Assembly: GCA_965219855.1 (NCBI GenBank)
Contig: CBDCOR010000026.1
Coordinates: forward strand, 134,372 to 198,371
Source: Acidobacteriota bacterium
Lineage (GTDB): Bacteria > Acidobacteriota > UBA6911 > RPQK01 > JAJDTT01
Direction of reading: 5' to 3'
Length of the DNA stretch: 64,000 nt
Shown here in pieces: positions 60,864 through 64,000 of this stretch (position 1 is the first letter of the stretch; every line of letters starts with the position of its first letter). The notes below the pieces were generated by a model. That model saw only the letters and a list, made by a program, of their open reading frames with translations, ran no database searches and was not told where the DNA came from. Position numbers and translations under genes: made by a program.

Positions 60864-61826
60864 GGCCGGGAGACTGCTTTCGTAGAGCTGGGCGATCTTC
60901 CTCGTGTCGCTGCGGACCTTTGCAATGAACTCAGGCGGGCTGACCGGGCGTGCATGAGGTGCGAAGTTCAGAACCAGCCGAGACGGGAATTCCAGGGTTT
61001 CGCTGACAAATGTGAGTACCACTCCTCCATCCTGTGGTTCGCAGGCCGACGAGCCCCATTGTTCCTCAATCCAAGGAGCCACCGCTCCGTCGAAGTAGAC
61101 CTGGATCTTCCGGTTTCCCAATGAGCTCAGAAAGTTCTCTTTATACTTGTCCACGTCGAGGTCTTGAAGCGGAGGAAAGGGTTCGTTCAGAGAATCTACC
61201 GAAAGGACTCGTTCAAACTTGAAGGTTCGAAGGTCCTGACGCAGTTCGCAGTAGGCGGTCAGGTACCAGTAGCCCAAGTGCTTCATCAGCAGGTAGGGAT
61301 GAACGACGCGTTTGGAGGTCTTGTCGCGGGTCAAGGAATAGTAGTCGATCCTCACCTTTTCGTGGTCCTCGACCGCCTGACGTAGTAGAGAAAAATGCTC
61401 AGAAATCGGGCGCGAGGGACGTTCCAATACGATCCGGTCCTCCACCCGAGCTTTGGGATCGACCGATTTGGAGATGACTTCTTTGATCTTCGTCTTGAGG
61501 GACTCCACGCTGTCCGGATCCACTTCCGGATCGAGCAACTGCAGTGATACCAGCAGTGACATCGCTTCCGGCCGCGTGAACCGAAGCGGCCGATTCAGCA
61601 TCTGGTCGTATTCGACATAGACCTTCTGATTCTCAACATAGATGTCCACGTAGTCATCGGGTCGGAAAGGAGGTTTGCCGATCAGGAGCATGAACTCCAG
61701 TTCTTTCAGCAACTGTTTGGGCCGCATTCCGACCCGCTCGGCCAGTTCCTCGACGACGATCCCCTGGTTCTGGGACACATAACTCAGAATCAGGAGAATT
61801 CGATTGATCCTGTCGGCGATGTTCAT
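60858..61826 (-). CDS. WYL-domain transcriptional regulator (HTH + WYL + C-terminal extension; PafC/YafY-like), paralog 1
   Basis: N-terminal HTH RILLILSYVSQNQGIVVEELAERVGMRPKQLLKELEFM; a WYL region with HPYLLMKHLGYWYLTAYC; 322 aa. Confidence 0.65.
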   Translation of the reverse strand: MNIADRINRILLILSYVSQNQGIVVEELAERVGMRPKQLLKELEFMLLIGKPPFRPDDYVDIYVENQKVYVEYDQMLNRPLRFTRPEAMSLLVSLQLLDPEVDPDSVESLKTKIKEVISKSVDPKARVEDRIVLERPSRPISEHFSLLRQAVEDHEKVRIDYYSLTRDKTSKRVVHPYLLMKHLGYWYLTAYCELRQDLRTFKFERVLSVDSLNEPFPPLQDLDVDKYKENFLSSLGNRKIQVYFDGAVAPWIEEQWGSSACEPQDGGVVLTFVSETLEFPSRLVLNFAPHARPVSPPEFIAKVRSDTRKIAQLYESSLPAQ

Positions 61827-62797
61827 AGCAGGCTTTTCATCGCACGCTGGACCTCGCCAATCATCTCGGGGGGGGCCAGTACCCGACTATCCGTCTTCTG
61901 GGACAGAATCCAGGATACGAAGCCAGATCGGTTTGTGACGCTCACTTCAAAGGTCCTCTTACCCGTCTGTTTCGCTCTCATTAGCTGCGGACGCAGTTCG
62001 GGGAGACGGTGATCTGAAACCTCAATTGCGACATTGACGGGTTCATGGACTTCTAGTTCCCAAGGTTGTTGATTCTGATAGGGCTCTAGCGAAAAGTCGG
62101 CGGGAATCTCATAATCCGGACTGCCGGGCTTCTTGGGGTTCACGCTCAGCGAACTGATTCGAGTCAAGACGAAACAGCGAAGCCCTTGCCTCAGATGGTC
62201 CCAGCCTACGAGTGTCCAATTGCCCCTCCTGAAGATCAATCCGTAGGAATCTAGTTTGCGCCGTGTGATCCTGCCAGTGGAGAAGGCATGATATTGAATC
62301 TCGATCTGCTTGCGACGGTCCAGGGCATCCTGGATCTGATGCACCAGCCTGGATCGCCCCGCGGACTTCGCTTCGGTCGGATAGGTAATGGTCATCGCCG
62401 GCGAGGGAGGAGCGATATGATTGTTGATGCTGGTGATTTTATGGAGGGCGGACTCCAGCTGATCCCGGTAGGGAAAGTTGGTGTTCTCCAGAACGGCTCC
62501 CGCTGAAAGCATCAAAAGGGATGACTCCTCCGCCGTAAACTCTATTTCTGGCAGGAAGAGCTTCTCCTCTCGAATCAGATAGCCTTCCTTGGTGTTCTCG
62601 GAGCCACTCTGGTAGTCGATTGGAATTCCAAGGGAGATCAGCTCTGCCTTGTCCCTCTCAAACTTTCTCTGGTTGGATTCCTCTACTCCCCGCGCGTAGT
62701 CTTCAGGGAAGTGGTTCTTGATCTCGTGCCAGGAAACCGGCTCTTTCGCGTTGAGAAGGTAGGCGATGAGATCAAGGAGCCGCTCGGTACGATTCAC
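61823..62797 (-). CDS. WYL-domain transcriptional regulator (PafB/YafY-like), paralog 2; 4-nt overlap with paralog 1
   Basis: MNRTERLLDLIAYLLNAKEPVSWHEIKNHF is the canonical YafY-family HTH start; a WYL region with LIFRRGNWTLVGWDH; 324 aa. Confidence 0.65.
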   Translation of the reverse strand: MNRTERLLDLIAYLLNAKEPVSWHEIKNHFPEDYARGVEESNQRKFERDKAELISLGIPIDYQSGSENTKEGYLIREEKLFLPEIEFTAEESSLLMLSAGAVLENTNFPYRDQLESALHKITSINNHIAPPSPAMTITYPTEAKSAGRSRLVHQIQDALDRRKQIEIQYHAFSTGRITRRKLDSYGLIFRRGNWTLVGWDHLRQGLRCFVLTRISSLSVNPKKPGSPDYEIPADFSLEPYQNQQPWELEVHEPVNVAIEVSDHRLPELRPQLMRAKQTGKRTFEVSVTNRSGFVSWILSQKTDSRVLAPPEMIGEVQRAMKSLL

Positions 62798-63007
62798 TGA
62801 CCTAGTTTATGAGAAGCAGAGTCGAGAATTCAACCGCCAGATGGGCTCTTCGAAGGGTAGCTGGAATCCGTCTGTGCTTTTCTCCTCCACCTACGTAGCT
62901 GGCGTCTCAGGTAGCCTGCTAGGGTAGGGGTTAAGAGCGGTTTTTGGGGTTGACCGACGGGAATTTTCAGCTACATTAGGGGGGCACTGTAGAGCGGAGG
63001 GTCGAGA

Positions 63008-63274
63008 ATGGCTTTCATCATTTGTGAACCTTGCATCGGCACCAAGGATGCGGCTTGTGTTGACGCTTGTCCGGTCGACTGCATTCATCCGCGGACCGAT
63101 GAATCGGACTTCAACCCGGAAACCATGCTGTACATCGATCCAGTGGAATGTATCGACTGTGGAGCCTGTGTCCCAGAATGCCCCGTGGAAGCGATTTTTC
63201 CAGAGGACGAGGTCCCGGAACAGTGGGAGCATTACATCGGGATCAACAAAGAGTGGTACCAGAATAAGGAGTAG
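63008..63274 (+). CDS. fdxA: 7Fe-type ferredoxin (FdxA-like)
   Basis: CEPCIGTKDAACVDACPVDCIHP...CIDCGACVPECPVEAIF; 88 aa. Confidence 0.8.
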   Translation: MAFIICEPCIGTKDAACVDACPVDCIHPRTDESDFNPETMLYIDPVECIDCGACVPECPVEAIFPEDEVPEQWEHYIGINKEWYQNKE

Positions 63275-63330
63275 ACAAATTATTCATAAGTTTTCCTGCC
63301 GCCGCCGAAAATTTATGAATAATTTGTCTA
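63272..63330. promoter_or_regulatory. AT-rich perfect 18-bp palindrome (TAGACAAATTATTCATAA - 23 nt - TTATGAATAATTTGTCTA) beginning in the ferredoxin stop codon
   Basis: Read directly; it is atypically AT-rich for this genome. It is either an intrinsic terminator lacking a U-tract or a protein-binding operator. Confidence 0.5.
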
Positions 63331-63445
63331 TAAGAGCACTCCTACCGGGTAGGAGATACAGAAAAGCTGAGCGGTCGTAGAGCCGGGCTCCAGGCCGGCC
63401 GCGTTAGCAGCCTTGGGTGGCCTGGAGCCCGACTCTGCTGGAGAC

Positions 63446-64000
63446 CTATCGGTTGGCCTGGCCCACCGGTATGCTGGACATCTGCAGGTCCGATTGCGTT
63501 CGCAGCGCGGTGATGACGACGGGAATGTCGGAACTGATCACCACAGTTCCCGTGAAGTCGTCACCCACCTCCGTCGGGAACAGCTCTTGAAGGAACTGAG
63601 CAATCTGTGCCCCCGCGGCCAAGAAAATGTCCTTGTCAGCGATTTCCGTCCCTCCTTGATTCAACAGGCCCACTGACACTTTGGCCGTTTCATCAAGGGG
63701 CGCCGAAATTGCGACACCGGTGTTAAAACCGGGGCCGCCTCCAGTCCGGGAAGCGAAGGTATTGGCCTCCCCGGTTGGAACAGAGTCCGCGATGCCTGCC
63801 TCAAACAGAATGTCGCCCCCTTGCGAGAACTGAAAGATCGCGCTCCCCCGGATAGGCTGATCGGACTCAGCCCGAGCCCACCCGGTTTGTACCACGGGGC
63901 CACCCAGGGTTTGGACCTTGGTAGAAGCCCGTGGGGGGATGGAGAAGGGGATCTCCGAGGTGTCCCCGGCGAAGTCTTCTATGGGAAGCTCGAGAGGGCT
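63446..64000 (-). CDS. C-terminal part of a hypothetical Gly/Thr-rich secreted-type protein; the gene continues beyond the right edge
   Basis: The minus-strand frame is open from 64000 down to the stop at 63446. The GTG at 63895 listed in the track is internal. No domain recognised. Confidence 0.4.
   Translation of the reverse strand, partial: SPLELPIEDFAGDTSEIPFSIPPRASTKVQTLGGPVVQTGWARAESDQPIRGSAIFQFSQGGDILFEAGIADSVPTGEANTFASRTGGGPGFNTGVAISAPLDETAKVSVGLLNQGGTEIADKDIFLAAGAQIAQFLQELFPTEVGDDFTGTVVISSDIPVVITALRTQSDLQMSSIPVGQANR

Overview
This is a high-GC (~60%) bacterial chromosomal window. The gene content (PSCyt1/DUF1501 remnant, PmoA-like DUF protein, BNR sialidase) points to an Acidobacteriota- or Planctomycetota-like organism, but I cannot resolve the taxon from sequence alone.

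Most of the window is housekeeping. In order: a glycan cluster on the minus strand (sialidase, Na+/solute symporter, YdjC deacetylase, glycosyltransferase, UDP-xylose synthase, GalE); then uvrB, aroA-aroK, clpB with divergent grpE, ruvC, an Ldh_2 oxidoreductase, a VIT-vWA protein, yebC, truA, uppS-cdsA-dxr-rseP, acnA, an M28-PDZ peptidase, queG, atpHAGDC, tRNA-Gln(CUG), Cu/Zn-SOD, a tandem pair of WYL-domain regulators and a 7Fe ferredoxin.

The window is unusually rich in mobile and repeated DNA:
- Two near-identical IS21-family copies (istA+istB) in inverted orientation bracket about 23.4 kb of housekeeping genes. One copy carries a ~109-bp deletion in istA and is a pseudo-transposase. The other copy has a 7-bp target-site duplication and splits a MerR-like HTH reading frame; a truncated M20 peptidase gene lies just upstream of it.
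- A third, unrelated IS21-family element is about 3.44 kb long, has multi-repeat ends and flanking direct repeats, and carries an extra ~850 bp encoding a winged-helix-like ORF interrupted by one in-frame TAG.
- A ~500-560 bp structured element has 10-bp terminal inverted repeats and internal CCCAGGGTT/AACCCTGGG hairpins. It occurs twice (after uvrB and after queG) and sits inside tracts of a heptamer repeat.
- The heptamer CAGTGAG/CTCACTG occurs as tandem tracts at or just after stop codons of several genes on the sense strand. It supplies TGA in all three frames. The longest tract is ~210 bp between galE and uxs.
- Several REP/MITE-like palindromic families are present (GGCCTGGAGGCC hairpins, AAGTTTCAGG-ended elements, and a 186-bp element with 25-bp terminal inverted repeats).

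Two ORFs are interrupted by single in-frame stop codons and are likely pseudogenes. No CRISPR array is present. No complete known defence system is evident.
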